Source: an uncultured bacterium
GTDB lineage: Bacteria > Bacteroidota > Ignavibacteria > Kapaibacteriales > UBA2268
DNA: 64,000 nucleotides
Reading direction: 5' to 3'
Assembly: GCA_942493235.1 (NCBI GenBank)
Contig: OW818676.1
Span: forward strand, 345,584 to 409,583
Shown here: piece by piece, positions 1 through 10,800 of the stretch
Numbering within the stretch: the stretch's first letter is position 1
Layout: each line of letters begins with the position of its first letter
Position numbers and translations under genes: made by a program
The notes under the pieces: generated by a model
What the model saw: the letters and a program-made list of their open reading frames with translations, nothing else
Told to the model about the DNA's origin: nothing
Database searches by the model: none

Positions 1-513
1 GACAGCTCTATGTTAGTATTGTCTCAAAATTATAGTATTAGTCCTAATTCCATTAGTTATGATTCTACATATTCAAATATTGAAATTAACCTAAATAGTA
101 ATAAAAGATATTTGAGAGATCGTAGCTCACTTATCCAATTAAATGATTCAGTTGCTTGGAGCATTAATGCAGACATTGGAGCGACAGATATTAACGCAGA
201 TTTTTCAAATTTAAATATTTCCAATATGCACCTGAATTGTGGTGCTTCTAATATTGAATTAGAAATCGGGAATAAGCAAGAAAATACAGATATAGTATTT
301 GAGTCTGGTGCTTCTAATATCGAAATCACGATACCGAAAGAAGCTATTTGCGAAGTATATTCAAATTCGGCTCTTTCATCAAGCGATTTTGATGATTTTG
401 AAGAAATCAACTCCGGTTATTATCGTTCTGATAATTCAACGCACTCAAGTACTCAAAAGATTAAAATTACAATTTCAGGTGCTGTTTCAAATTTCGAAAT
501 TATCAGAAGATAA
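1..513 (+). CDS. DUF4097/LiaG-like putative adhesin (beta-helical repeat protein), probably 5'-partial
   Basis: ORF 10..513, with the frame open back to window start. Contains a repeated 'GASNIE(L/I)' / 'NADIGATDINADF' motif typical of DUF4097 (YvlB/LiaG-like) proteins. Established-knowledge match by motif only. Confidence 0.4.
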   Translation, partial: DSSMLVLSQNYSISPNSISYDSTYSNIEINLNSNKRYLRDRSSLIQLNDSVAWSINADIGATDINADFSNLNISNMHLNCGASNIELEIGNKQENTDIVFESGASNIEITIPKEAICEVYSNSALSSSDFDDFEEINSGYYRSDNSTHSSTQKIKITISGAVSNFEIIRR

Positions 514-631
514 TTTACTTTTTCTTTTTTATTTTTTTCAAGATACAGCTTATCCAAATATACAGCATGAATTGAAATTTCCTGTATATACTAAAGAGCT
601 ATTTTTTTTGCAATAACTTAAATTCAATAAT

Positions 632-664
632 AAAAGCCGTTCTTAATTACTAAGTACGGCTTTT
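632..664. terminator. Hairpin terminator between convergent genes (aaaagccgt-N15-acggctttt)
   Basis: Seen in sequence: 9-bp GC-containing stem with A/T flanks, immediately 3' of both the +ORF (ends 513) and the -ORF (ends 714). Confidence 0.4.
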
Positions 665-713
665 ATATTTTCGAATTGTAATTATTTGAACTAATCTTTT
701 TACATTAATTCAA

Positions 714-3700
714 TTATCTGCTAATAACTAATCCTTTTTGTATTTTACTAGTATTGTTAATGTTAATATTAAGTATATAATTACCACTTGATAGCATCAA
801 TGGTAAGTCTAAGGTATAATTGCCTGTTGAACTGTTAGCCAAGTTCAAACCTGTAACCTTTTGTCCGTCCATTGTAAATAAATCAGCAGTAATTGATTCA
901 ATTGTTCCTTCATAGTTCGGCTGAATAGTTACTCTATCAACTGCCGGATTTGGAAATACGGAAAGAGAAGATTTTGTTTCTGATGCTAAAATTGGAGATT
1001 TACCCAAAATAACACCAGATGTGGCTACAGGTCCAGACCTAACTATACGACCTCCGGCTAATGTGGCTATAGCTTCTAATTTAAAATTCGAATTTGAATT
1101 TATGGAGTGATTAGCTGAATAAGCAACACCATAATTTAATGATAACCATGAATCAGTTGTTGTAACAGGGTCTGTGTTAGGAGAGTATACTGTAAGATTT
1201 AAACTAATACTTTCAATATTTATTTTACTTCTATATTTTTCAGCAACACCATTTACTGAGATATTGTAACTATTATTATAAGGAAAGAAACTAATATCAT
1301 AACGATTTAAAGCATTTGTTTTTACATAAGCTTTTATATTTGGTATATCATATTCTGAAATACATGCAGTATGATGTAGTCCCGCAGAAATTGCACCGTC
1401 TTCTGTTAACCATTGATTTAGTGTCCCGGATTTATAAGCTTTAAAATAAGAATTATCTCTAATAAATAATTCAGTTTTATTTTCGGACGGGTTTTCTAAT
1501 ACTTCATGACTTGGAATCTTATTCTTAAGCCCTAAACAATAATAAAGATCGTTTGCAACTTCAAGCTCATTTTGTTCGTTATAATTAAAATCATTCACCA
1601 TATGAACATCGTTACCCCAAGTATAAATATCTCCGTTTTTTTGAACAGCAATAGTATGCGTTGTACCACATTCAACATTCGCCCATTGTGTTGGATCAAA
1701 ATCAGAATTTTCAATATTAACTCGTCCATTTGGTGTATAATATGTTATAATTGTTTCAATTTCACCAAAATATGGGTAATCTCCACATTCTCCATTTAAT
1801 AACGCATAACACCATCTAGCACATTGACCAATATCATTTTTACCGGCAGTCAACATCCTTCCATCAGCAATAATGGCACTAAATTCTTTACCAGCTGATA
1901 CTTTGGTTGCCGGATATGTGTTATAAGCTAATACGGGTTCAATAGAATTATTTGAATTTGTATTACCCAATTCTCCATGATCATTGCTACCCCAAGCATA
2001 GACTTCATTATTTATACTTAAAGCTATTGTATGATTGAATCCAGCTGAAACAGATTTCCATTTAAGTCCATTAGCTGTAGTAACTTGTGTAAAATTCGAA
2101 ATAACCTGATTAGAATAATTATACGTACCAATCCCTAATTGTCCGCAATCATTATATCCCGTCGCCCATAAAGAAAAATCGCTTTTTATTACTAATGAAA
2201 AATTGTAACCAGCAGAAACATCTGTATAAACCGTACTTTCATCTAAAAGAGTTGGCCTAGAATATCCGGATGTGATTGCAGGGTCTATACCGAGCTGACC
2301 ATACTGATTACTGCCCCAACCCCAAAGATGTCCATTTTCATCAATTGCCAAAGCGTGATAACAACCGGCTGAAATTTTCTTCCATTTGCATAAATTTGAA
2401 AATGGCATTGGAGTTGGTACTTGATCTATAACTGAATTTTGTCCAGCTAATCCATAAGAATATACTCCGTTACTCATATAAGAGTTACCTCCCCATCCAT
2501 ACAATTGTTCTTTTTCATCTATCGCTAAAGTATATCCATAACCACATGAGACATATTTATATTTTATTTTTGGCAAATTATCTAAACCATCTTTGTCAAT
2601 GTTTGTACCATCACCGAGTTGTTTTTGATTATTACGACCGCATACATATAAATTATTATATTCTGAATAGTCGTTTTGTTTTATTATCAAATTATAACCG
2701 AATACATTAAATTCTCCGACATCACTATTTTCTATTCCTTCAACTTCAGTAAAAACATTTGCAAATGCATTGTTTGTTGTAAATGCCGCTCCACATCCTG
2801 CATAATATATTTTCCCATTATTTTTTCTTACTGCCAATTGAACAAAATTGGATTTAATACTTACACAATTGTCCATTACTTTGCTATTTGGAGAATAAGT
2901 ATCACTTTGACCTAAAGAACCACTAGTATTGTTTTCACCAAATGTATACAAATCCCCGTTTATATCAATGTAAGCCGAGCTATTATAAGTAGCGGCAATA
3001 GACCTTACATTACTTTTCAATAACGATGGTGTATAATATTGTTGATTTGCAAATCCTTTACCAAGAGTTCCATCTATATTAAACCCCCATGTAAACATTT
3101 GTCCTTTAACATCTAAAGCAATTACATGATACATACCAGCACTAACATCAACACAATTTGTTAATTGTGTGATTTCTCGAGCACTTATATAATTTTCATT
3201 TGTAAATGCACCACATAACTTTAAACTATTATCTCCCCAAGCCCATAACTTGTCATTTATATCAATTCCAAACGATGTTCCGAGTGAATTTGTAAATACT
3301 TTCTTCCATGTTTTCTCTTGTTGAATCGGAGTTAAACCAAGCCAAGTGGAATTACTATTTATAATATTTTTTTTGTTATTCTCACCCCATCCCCACAATT
3401 TCCCATCAGTATCTAATGCTAATACATAATTAAGACCCATTGCCACTTGTTTCCACGAATAATTATTAATTGCATTAGTATATTTTTGAAAAGTATTACT
3501 AAAATTACTACCATAGCTTGTGAAGTCAAGCCCTTTAAACCAAATTTTTTTATTATTGTCAATCAAAACATAGCTCTGCATACCTTGACCGGATACAATT
3601 GATTGACATTCAAGTAAATTTAACAAATTTACATTTTGAAACATTGTTTGGAAAGCCCACCCTCTGCCATAGTAGCTTTGCCCATACATTGAATATACGG

Positions 3701-3737
3701 ATAAAAATATTACGAATAAATACATAAACTTTTTCAT
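714..3737 (-). CDS. Secreted RCC1-repeat beta-propeller protein with T9SS C-terminal sorting domain
   Basis: Repeated 'HxxALxxDGxLWxWGxNxxGQLG' RCC1 motifs. N-terminal signal peptide (MKKFMYLFVIFLSVYSMYGQ) from the ATG at 3737; the track start at 3764 is GTG. C-terminal ~80 aa match the Por/T9SS CTD pattern. Confidence 0.75.
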   Translation of the reverse strand: MKKFMYLFVIFLSVYSMYGQSYYGRGWAFQTMFQNVNLLNLLECQSIVSGQGMQSYVLIDNNKKIWFKGLDFTSYGSNFSNTFQKYTNAINNYSWKQVAMGLNYVLALDTDGKLWGWGENNKKNIINSNSTWLGLTPIQQEKTWKKVFTNSLGTSFGIDINDKLWAWGDNSLKLCGAFTNENYISAREITQLTNCVDVSAGMYHVIALDVKGQMFTWGFNIDGTLGKGFANQQYYTPSLLKSNVRSIAATYNSSAYIDINGDLYTFGENNTSGSLGQSDTYSPNSKVMDNCVSIKSNFVQLAVRKNNGKIYYAGCGAAFTTNNAFANVFTEVEGIENSDVGEFNVFGYNLIIKQNDYSEYNNLYVCGRNNQKQLGDGTNIDKDGLDNLPKIKYKYVSCGYGYTLAIDEKEQLYGWGGNSYMSNGVYSYGLAGQNSVIDQVPTPMPFSNLCKWKKISAGCYHALAIDENGHLWGWGSNQYGQLGIDPAITSGYSRPTLLDESTVYTDVSAGYNFSLVIKSDFSLWATGYNDCGQLGIGTYNYSNQVISNFTQVTTANGLKWKSVSAGFNHTIALSINNEVYAWGSNDHGELGNTNSNNSIEPVLAYNTYPATKVSAGKEFSAIIADGRMLTAGKNDIGQCARWCYALLNGECGDYPYFGEIETIITYYTPNGRVNIENSDFDPTQWANVECGTTHTIAVQKNGDIYTWGNDVHMVNDFNYNEQNELEVANDLYYCLGLKNKIPSHEVLENPSENKTELFIRDNSYFKAYKSGTLNQWLTEDGAISAGLHHTACISEYDIPNIKAYVKTNALNRYDISFFPYNNSYNISVNGVAEKYRSKINIESISLNLTVYSPNTDPVTTTDSWLSLNYGVAYSANHSINSNSNFKLEAIATLAGGRIVRSGPVATSGVILGKSPILASETKSSLSVFPNPAVDRVTIQPNYEGTIESITADLFTMDGQKVTGLNLANSSTGNYTLDLPLMLSSGNYILNININNTSKIQKGLVISR

Positions 3738-3956
3738 ATAAAACCTTTTAATTGGTGAAAACACATTTTGTAATTTATATAATATTTAATTCTAATCCAA
3801 ATCATTTTTTCATTATGATTTATTGTACTGAGACTATTTAATTAACTTATTTGCTATATTTTTTATTAAATTATTTGTGAATAAAACTATCTATTATATA
3901 TATCAATATATTGCTGCTGTGCTATTGTTTTATTATTATTTATATTATTTAATATA

Positions 3957-3988
3957 AAAGCCGTTTTTAATCTCTAAGAACGGCTTTT
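3957..3988 (-). terminator. Hairpin terminator downstream of GT9 gene (aaaagccgtt-N12-aacggctttt)
   Basis: Seen in sequence. Nearly identical in design to the hairpin at 632-664. Confidence 0.4.
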
Positions 3989-4018
3989 ATAATTATATAT
4001 TAATTGTATTTTCTTTTA

Positions 4019-5092
4019 CTAATACTTCAATCTTTTAACTGCATTTAATACATCTTCGGGTAATAAATGGTCTAAACAGAAGTAGTCTTTATTTTTACAT
4101 TTAGGACTGAAAAAGCAGGTGCATTTCTCGCGTGGTTCAACGATTTCACCGCGTCCGTACAGCTCGAATTCCTTAGGATTGAAGATATTATTTAATAATA
4201 TAAGGTTCTTCTTTAACCCGATTGCAAGGTGCATCCCCATAGTAACGGCACTAACTACTACATCACATTGATTAATTAGCGAGATAAAGTCTTGCAGCGG
4301 AAATGAGCCAGGGTAATATGCTCCCGAATCTTTCGCTAATCTTTTATTCTTCTCATCTTCTTGTTTACCACCAAGTAGCATTGGGAAATAGCCATCTTTC
4401 TCTAATAAATCAATCAGATTCAGCCAGTATTCTTCTTTCCATAGTCTGGATACCCATCTGTCTCCACAGCCGGTATTTAGCCCTACTATCTTTTTCCCGT
4501 TAGTAGGAATTTCCCAGACCAAATCTTTTACATCCAGAATATACTCTTCATTATTAAATTCCCAGCCGACTATATTGAAGATTTCTTCAAGATATGACTT
4601 TTGATTTGCTTTATTGACATCATCAAATAGTCCGGTCAAATATTTTTGCTCTGCTAATTTATTAATTGGGGCTGGTTTTCCGTTTTTTAGGTAATAGCCA
4701 TACTTATTTTTTGCATTTATCCTATTAGAAATGGCACATGCATAATTATCTTTATCTAAGCTGAACAAATAGTCAAATTCAGTCTCTTCTAATATTAGTA
4801 GATTTTCAATATTAAGAGTTAGAATTTTGTCGATTTTTGTGCCGGGTAATATATCAGGGTATTGAGTAAGCCACCAAATTTCACCATTCGGATATTCTGA
4901 TTTAATTTTATGCAAGAGCGGAGTAGTACGAATCACGTCGCCTATAGCACCGAATTTGATTATCAGTATTTTTAAACCGATTTTATCATACTCCGGGCAA
5001 TCCTGGCAGTGATAGTCGTATTCTTTATGCGGTTTGCAGGGCAGATCCCCTCTAAACTTCCTGCAATCATCGTAAAAAACAGTATTATTCAT
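4019..5092 (-). CDS. Glycosyltransferase family 9 (heptosyltransferase-like) with N- and C-terminal cysteine clusters
   Basis: 'LKILIIKFGAIGDVIRTTPLL' GT9 N-terminal motif. Extra CxnC...HCxxC N-terminal and CxC...C...C C-terminal clusters. ATG at 5092; the track's TTG at 5116 overlaps the upstream gene. Confidence 0.65.
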   Translation of the reverse strand: MNNTVFYDDCRKFRGDLPCKPHKEYDYHCQDCPEYDKIGLKILIIKFGAIGDVIRTTPLLHKIKSEYPNGEIWWLTQYPDILPGTKIDKILTLNIENLLILEETEFDYLFSLDKDNYACAISNRINAKNKYGYYLKNGKPAPINKLAEQKYLTGLFDDVNKANQKSYLEEIFNIVGWEFNNEEYILDVKDLVWEIPTNGKKIVGLNTGCGDRWVSRLWKEEYWLNLIDLLEKDGYFPMLLGGKQEDEKNKRLAKDSGAYYPGSFPLQDFISLINQCDVVVSAVTMGMHLAIGLKKNLILLNNIFNPKEFELYGRGEIVEPREKCTCFFSPKCKNKDYFCLDHLLPEDVLNAVKRLKY

Positions 5093-5099
5093 ATATTTA

Positions 5100-5849
5100 T
5101 TATAACTTATATTCAATAATTAAAGAAAAATGGAAATTAGGAACAGATTTTTCTTCATTTTCTGTAACTCCGCTATATCTCTTTATCGGTGTTAAAAGCT
5201 CACCTCTTTCGCCATCTCTTAATAAAAGATTTAACACTTCAACCCCAAAACTACCTTGTAAAAAGAAATTCTTTACTAACTCTCCTCTAAATCCGATTTT
5301 TAATTCTCCCCCTAAGCGAAAAGCAGGCTCTTTCATTTGAAAATATACATATTTGACACTGTCTTTATGCTGATATTCTATTCTATTTTTTAGCTCTTGC
5401 CTATTAAAAAACGAACCTTTAACATCAAACCCTATAAATGGTCGAACATTTTGAAAAGGAAACTTATAAAAATACCAATTTAGTCCTATTGAAACTCTCT
5501 GAGCATCCATATTATGCTCCAAATATTGTCTTGAGCTTGCTGAAGACCAGTATATCTCTTTTGCAGTAAACCAAGTATATTCAAAACTTACAGGTATAAA
5601 GAAATTGCATGCAGAATCTAAATTGAATTCGCTCTTTATAATAAATCCCAATTCAGCTCCATCGAAACTTCCGCCAATAATATTTGCTTTTTCTGAATTT
5701 TTCTGCATCATAGGTACAGAAGAGACATTACCTTCAAATATGTTAGTACCGGAAAATCCGATACCTAAATAAATATCATCGAATTGTGCATTTGCATTGC
5801 TCATGGCAAATATGCTAAATATAAGAGCGATAAATAGTTTAATTTTCAT
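5100..5849 (-). CDS. Outer-membrane beta-barrel protein (PorT/OmpW-like family)
   Basis: Signal peptide ending ANA-QF. Alternating hydrophobic/aromatic beta-strand pattern. 249 aa. Overlaps the GT9 start. Confidence 0.5.
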   Translation of the reverse strand: MKIKLFIALIFSIFAMSNANAQFDDIYLGIGFSGTNIFEGNVSSVPMMQKNSEKANIIGGSFDGAELGFIIKSEFNLDSACNFFIPVSFEYTWFTAKEIYWSSASSRQYLEHNMDAQRVSIGLNWYFYKFPFQNVRPFIGFDVKGSFFNRQELKNRIEYQHKDSVKYVYFQMKEPAFRLGGELKIGFRGELVKNFFLQGSFGVEVLNLLLRDGERGELLTPIKRYSGVTENEEKSVPNFHFSLIIEYKL

Positions 5850-5853
5850 ATTA

Positions 5854-6954
5854 TTACATTAGTTTATCTTTAATACTGTAATTTGCATTTTCTAAATTTG
5901 TTTTTACAATCATTTCTCCGATTAAACCTAAAGAAACAGATTGCACACCTACTATTATTAATGCTACTCCAAACAATGTTAGCGGTCGATTGCTCATCGG
6001 CACCATATTTACGTACTTATCAAATACTAACCATAAATCTAATCCGATGCCGAGCATAGTCAGTAGTATTCCTAAAGTACCGAAAAAGTGCAGAGGACGC
6101 TTTACAAACCTTGTAGTGAACATTATTGTCAATAAATCTAAAAATCCTTTGAAAAATCTTGACATTCCAAATTTTGACTTGCCAAATCTTCTTGCATGAT
6201 GCTCTACCGGTATTTCTGTTACTTTAAAGCCTTCCCAGTGAGCTAAAGCCGGAAGATACCTGTGCATCTCTCCATATACTTGTAAAGTCTTAACTACTTC
6301 TTTTCTATAAGCTTTTAGCCCACAGTTAAAATCATGAAGCTTAATACCGCTTACTCTTGAAGTTACAAAATTAAACAATTTGGAGGGCAGGGTTTTGCTT
6401 ATTGGGTCATGTCTTACTTTTTTCCATCCCGAAACCAAATCATATCCTTCTTTTAGCTTAGATACCAAATTCGATATTTCGTTAGGGTCATCTTGTAAAT
6501 CAGCATCCATAGTAATCACGACTTTACCCTTTGCATAGTTAAATCCAACTGATAAAGCGGCACTTTTGCCGTAGTTTCTTCTAAATCTAATTACTTTAAA
6601 AGAATTATTTCTATCGCGTATCTGTTTAATTACCTCATAAGATTCGTCTGTCGAACCATCATCAATAAATATTACTTCCCATTTCTTTGGTGCAATCTTA
6701 TTTAATTCCTGCTCTAATCCCAAGGAAAGTTCCGGCAAAGATTCTTCCTCATTTAATAAAGGAATGACTACCGAAATTAACAATTGGCTGTTGTAATCAT
6801 TTCTATAATTATTATTATAATTCGGATTGGGGTTATACCTATCTCTATTATAATTACTCTTATTATCTCTTTTTTGAAAATTCATACTGTTCTTAGCTTT
6901 ATTTATATTCGGCTTTGAACCTTCCTTATTCTGTTCATTACTATCGTTATTCAC
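5854..6954 (-). CDS. GT2 polyprenyl-phosphate glycosyltransferase (GtrB/ArnC/DPM1-like) with N/Y-rich N-terminal extension
   Basis: 'VVIPLLNEEESL', 'IFIDDGSTDES', 'ITMDADLQDDP' GT2 motifs plus two C-terminal TM helices. The first ~60 aa are a low-complexity N/Y/R-rich region. Confidence 0.75.
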   Translation of the reverse strand: MNNDSNEQNKEGSKPNINKAKNSMNFQKRDNKSNYNRDRYNPNPNYNNNYRNDYNSQLLISVVIPLLNEEESLPELSLGLEQELNKIAPKKWEVIFIDDGSTDESYEVIKQIRDRNNSFKVIRFRRNYGKSAALSVGFNYAKGKVVITMDADLQDDPNEISNLVSKLKEGYDLVSGWKKVRHDPISKTLPSKLFNFVTSRVSGIKLHDFNCGLKAYRKEVVKTLQVYGEMHRYLPALAHWEGFKVTEIPVEHHARRFGKSKFGMSRFFKGFLDLLTIMFTTRFVKRPLHFFGTLGILLTMLGIGLDLWLVFDKYVNMVPMSNRPLTLFGVALIIVGVQSVSLGLIGEMIVKTNLENANYSIKDKLM

Positions 6955-7007
6955 CTTGTTCTCCAGTTATAGAATAACACTTAAATGTATAAATCATCTC
7001 AAATATT

Positions 7008-7757
7008 TTATATTTTTATTATCTTTTTAACTGACTGATGATTAAGCTCATCAATAATTTTTAGATAATATGTTCCGGAATTGATTTTACTTATATCAAT
7101 GTAATTGCTTTCCGGCTCAATTGTCAATATCTCATTACCCATTAAGTCGATTATTTTTACTAAAGTAACTCTATTATTACTATTAATATAGAATGATTGA
7201 CTGATTGGGTTTGGATATATTGTTATTTGCTCACTATTTTCCTCTACGGATTGATTATCATCATACTTCAATACTATTCTAAATAAATTTAATAATGGAT
7301 TTGTAACTTTTATTGTATTTGTAGTAAGCATGTCAATGTCATTATAACCATTTACATGGTAGAAAGACCTTAGCCTTGCAAATGTTACATTTTTGGGCAG
7401 TGCTTCCCAGCTTATATCTACTGCTGTAACTACATCCCAATATCTAAATTTAAATTCAACACTATCTTGAATCGTAAGCGGGAAATTCTTATAATCAATA
7501 TATTGTAATACATAAGTTTCTGCTACTGAATCCCAATGTTCAAAAGACGAGCACTGAAATGCTCCCGGGCAAGGTGGAATTTCCGATTCGCCAATTCCGA
7601 TATCGATTCCATCTGTCGCTTCAGTATTTAATCCAAACATCATCTTATCGTTTTGTGTATTGTCGCCATTTTTCAAGCTTAGCTTAATTGAGAAATTCTC
7701 TTTTGCAATCAAGTTGCTTGAGAATATTATTACTAATAGAAGTATTATCTTTTTCAT
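7008..7757 (-). CDS. Small secreted protein with T9SS C-terminal sorting domain
   Basis: Signal peptide. C-terminus 'KINSGTYYLKIIDELNHQSVKKIIKI' resembles Por_Secre_tail. Confidence 0.55.
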   Translation of the reverse strand: MKKIILLLVIIFSSNLIAKENFSIKLSLKNGDNTQNDKMMFGLNTEATDGIDIGIGESEIPPCPGAFQCSSFEHWDSVAETYVLQYIDYKNFPLTIQDSVEFKFRYWDVVTAVDISWEALPKNVTFARLRSFYHVNGYNDIDMLTTNTIKVTNPLLNLFRIVLKYDDNQSVEENSEQITIYPNPISQSFYINSNNRVTLVKIIDLMGNEILTIEPESNYIDISKINSGTYYLKIIDELNHQSVKKIIKI

Positions 7758-7781
7758 ATTATTTTTCTGACTTTAAAATAC

Positions 7782-7811
7782 AATGGGCAACATTTTAAGG
7801 TGTTGCCCATT
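7782..7811 (-). terminator. Hairpin terminator (aatgggcaaca-N8-tgttgcccatt)
   Basis: 11-bp stem directly downstream of the 7835..10900 gene on its strand, followed by a T-rich stretch. Confidence 0.4.
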
Positions 7812-7834
7812 TATAAAACAATTAACTCTAATTA

Positions 7835-10800
7835 TTATTTAACTACAGTGATTGTACGTACTGCGTTATAACCATTTGCATTGATTTTAACTAAATAAGT
7901 ACCAGTTGTTAAATTACTTACGTTGAGTTCTGCACTTGCTGAACCTGCTTTTTGATTAGCGTTAACTATTGTTGATACTTCGTTACCTATTGCATCATAT
8001 AATTTAATAGTTACGTTGCCTTCGGCAGGAACAGTATAATTAACTGTAGATGTAGTAGTTACAGGGTTAGGATATACGTTAACTTCGAAGTTTCCTTTAA
8101 CCACTTTAACTGCATTTGCGTTTGTACCTGCAATTTCAACATTCTGATTAGAATTTCTTGAGATTGAGCCAAGTAATTCACCACTGATTGCATCATAGAA
8201 GAAATAATCAGCGTCAGCGTTTGCCATTGAAATAGATACAGGATAATCAATTCCATTCAATTTAATAATTGAATTATCAGAATTGTCTAAATTACCATTA
8301 TTTGTAAATCTAACGTCAAATACGTTGCCAATTACTGGAGGCATTTCGTATTGTTCTGCATTTACTTCTTTGTTGTTTGATATATAAACAACTGATTCAT
8401 TTTGAGCATTGTCTCTTACATTAATCATAGTAGAAGCATTATATACATTTTGTTTTGCATTATTGCTATTATCTAAGAATGATTTATTGTATGTTCTAAC
8501 TAATTTGTAATAACCTTCAACTGATGCTGATGATTGTGTATAAGAACCAACTTTAATGAAATAGCCAAGACCAGGTGTTAATTCATTAACTTCATGAAAT
8601 CCTCTGTTTGGTCTGTAGCCCCATACTGAATAAGCTCTAGTAAAGTTAAGGTCAGGCATATCTGCAGTAGAAACATATTCTTCAAAAGAGATTCCTTCAG
8701 TAGAAGTTGGGTATGATAATGAACCTACCGCATTCCAGCCGGAAGTTACTCTGACATAATTACCGTAATTTTTACCAATTTCATTGATAACTGAACCAGA
8801 ATAGTTATTGTTTAACACTTCAGTAAATTTCATAAAGAATGCTTTACCTGGTACAATCGGATCATTAGATGCTTGCCATCCGTCAGTATAGAAATAGTAT
8901 GGTTGGCTTAATCCATCAGGATATACTACTGTAGGTCTGGCATCAGTCGGTTTAACAGGCAATGATAATAAGTTCCAGCCTTTTTCAATAATTGGCTGAC
9001 CATATTGGTTAACGAATTTAATTACTTTTGGTAATGTATATTCAATATTGAACTCTGATAAAGTTGCATTTTCGAATGTATATGATAATTCATTCGCTTG
9101 ACCTGTTGCTGATGCTTCTCTCATATTTACACTTACTAATTGACCTGATGACTGTGCGTCTTTTAAGAATAATATTGCACCTTCAGGGAAGTCTTTTACA
9201 TTCCAAGTAATATATAATGGATATGAATTTGTTGTAAATCTACAGTTGTATTTGATTGATTCGAAGTTGTCGCTTAAACCTCTAATATCACGTGAATTAT
9301 AATATGGTCTATCATAATCCGGAGATACATCTCTAAATCCATAAGGTGCCAATGCTTGTGATTCAGCAGTAACAGGATACCAACGAGCATCAAAGCTTGT
9401 ACTCATTGGAGCGTCATAAGCTGCTTCACCAAATAATTGGTCAGGACCGTCAGTAGCTCTTGGTGCAACACCAAATACTAATGTTTTTGTAATATCAGAA
9501 GATGTTTGTTTAATATTAATTCTAATACCGGTATGACTAATTTCTTGATCGCCATTATCATCTACATTGTATAGCTCAGGTTCATAAGGTGGTCTTAGAT
9601 AGATAAAAGTAACTTTTAATCTAACAGGATTAACTTTTGCTGTTTGTGATGTAAATGTTAAATAACCTACATAAGTACCGCACATTTCACCATCTCTTGG
9701 AATTAAATATTTAGGATTACATCTAACGTGCAACCATACTTCACCTTTAGCCGGAATAATATCAGCTCTGTCAATCGGATTATAAATTTGACCTAAGATA
9801 CCATTATCAAGGAAAGGAATATATGAAGGTTGGTCAAAATCAAATAAATTCTGTCCACCTTGGTCTGTTGAGGTTTCTACTTCTAACCATGGTTGGTCTG
9901 AAGTGATTTGAATTTGGTTTAATCTGGTTCCTGCTTCTGAATTGAATATTTCAATATATCTATGCCCATAATTTTCATCATAAAGATTTTGAATATCCAT
10001 AGAATCAACAGTAATAGGATCAATTAATTCATATAGAGAGCCATTAGCATTTTTTGTTAAAGGCTCGCCAATAATACTTTGCATTGTAAAGTCAAATGCA
10101 GGCATTTTGTCACCGATATTTGCAATAATTACGCCCGGTTTAATTGGTTCAGTATTCCATAATGGATTTGTTTTTTCCATTCTTAGACCGGCTAATCCGG
10201 GATATAAATCTGGATTACCTGTGATTCTTACATCATTATAATAAATTGAATCTTGATTAAACATAATATATGTCGAACGACCTAGCAAGCTGTTATCTAC
10301 ACCTAATACAGGTTTAACTTTTAGTCTTAAGTAGCATAATACTTGATATGTTGAGTTTATTGCATCATCAGAAGTATTCGGTAACGGATGGCTTGAAATA
10401 CCAACGATTTTTACCGATGCACCATTTTTATTATTATCATCAGTTGGATTAGTGATGTCTAAGTAATGTAAAAATGTAGTATCTCTGTGAGTTTTCATTG
10501 TGAAATTAAAATCCCTAGCTATTGTATATGCGGCATCAGGAAATTTAGGGTCATTCAGTTTCGGATTATAAGTCTGAACTGAAATAGGCTCGAACATTCT
10601 GCTGTCATATTTCACACTAAATGACATAGAATAAATCTTTTCGCCGGCTGAATAATACCTAATAAATATAGGTAATAATATTTCAGTTGGCTGTCCTTCA
10701 AGCGAAGGGCTCAACGTCAATCTACCATCCGGATACCAGTCTTCGTTCCAGTCTCCATCTGCTCCTACTAATGATAGTAGGGGATTATTGTAACTCTGGC

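Noticed and set aside
299-616. Track ORFs 57..410(-), 299..616(+), 1572..1799, 2676..2915, 4303..4503, 5990..6199, 8059..8256, 14486..14671, 15551..15739, 16276..16527, 19756..19938, 23343..23582, 24739..24981, 25083..25292, 26195..26488, 28641..29277, 30414..30815(-), 31098..31355(-), 38007..38945, 41120..41308, 43520..43753, 44288..44551, 49326..49956, 50909..51115, 51803..52042, 56301..56840, 57391..57645, 58712..58894, 60313..60495.
   Set aside because: All lie antisense to, or in alternative frames of, much longer well-supported genes. They show low-complexity AT-rich translations typical of spurious ORFs.
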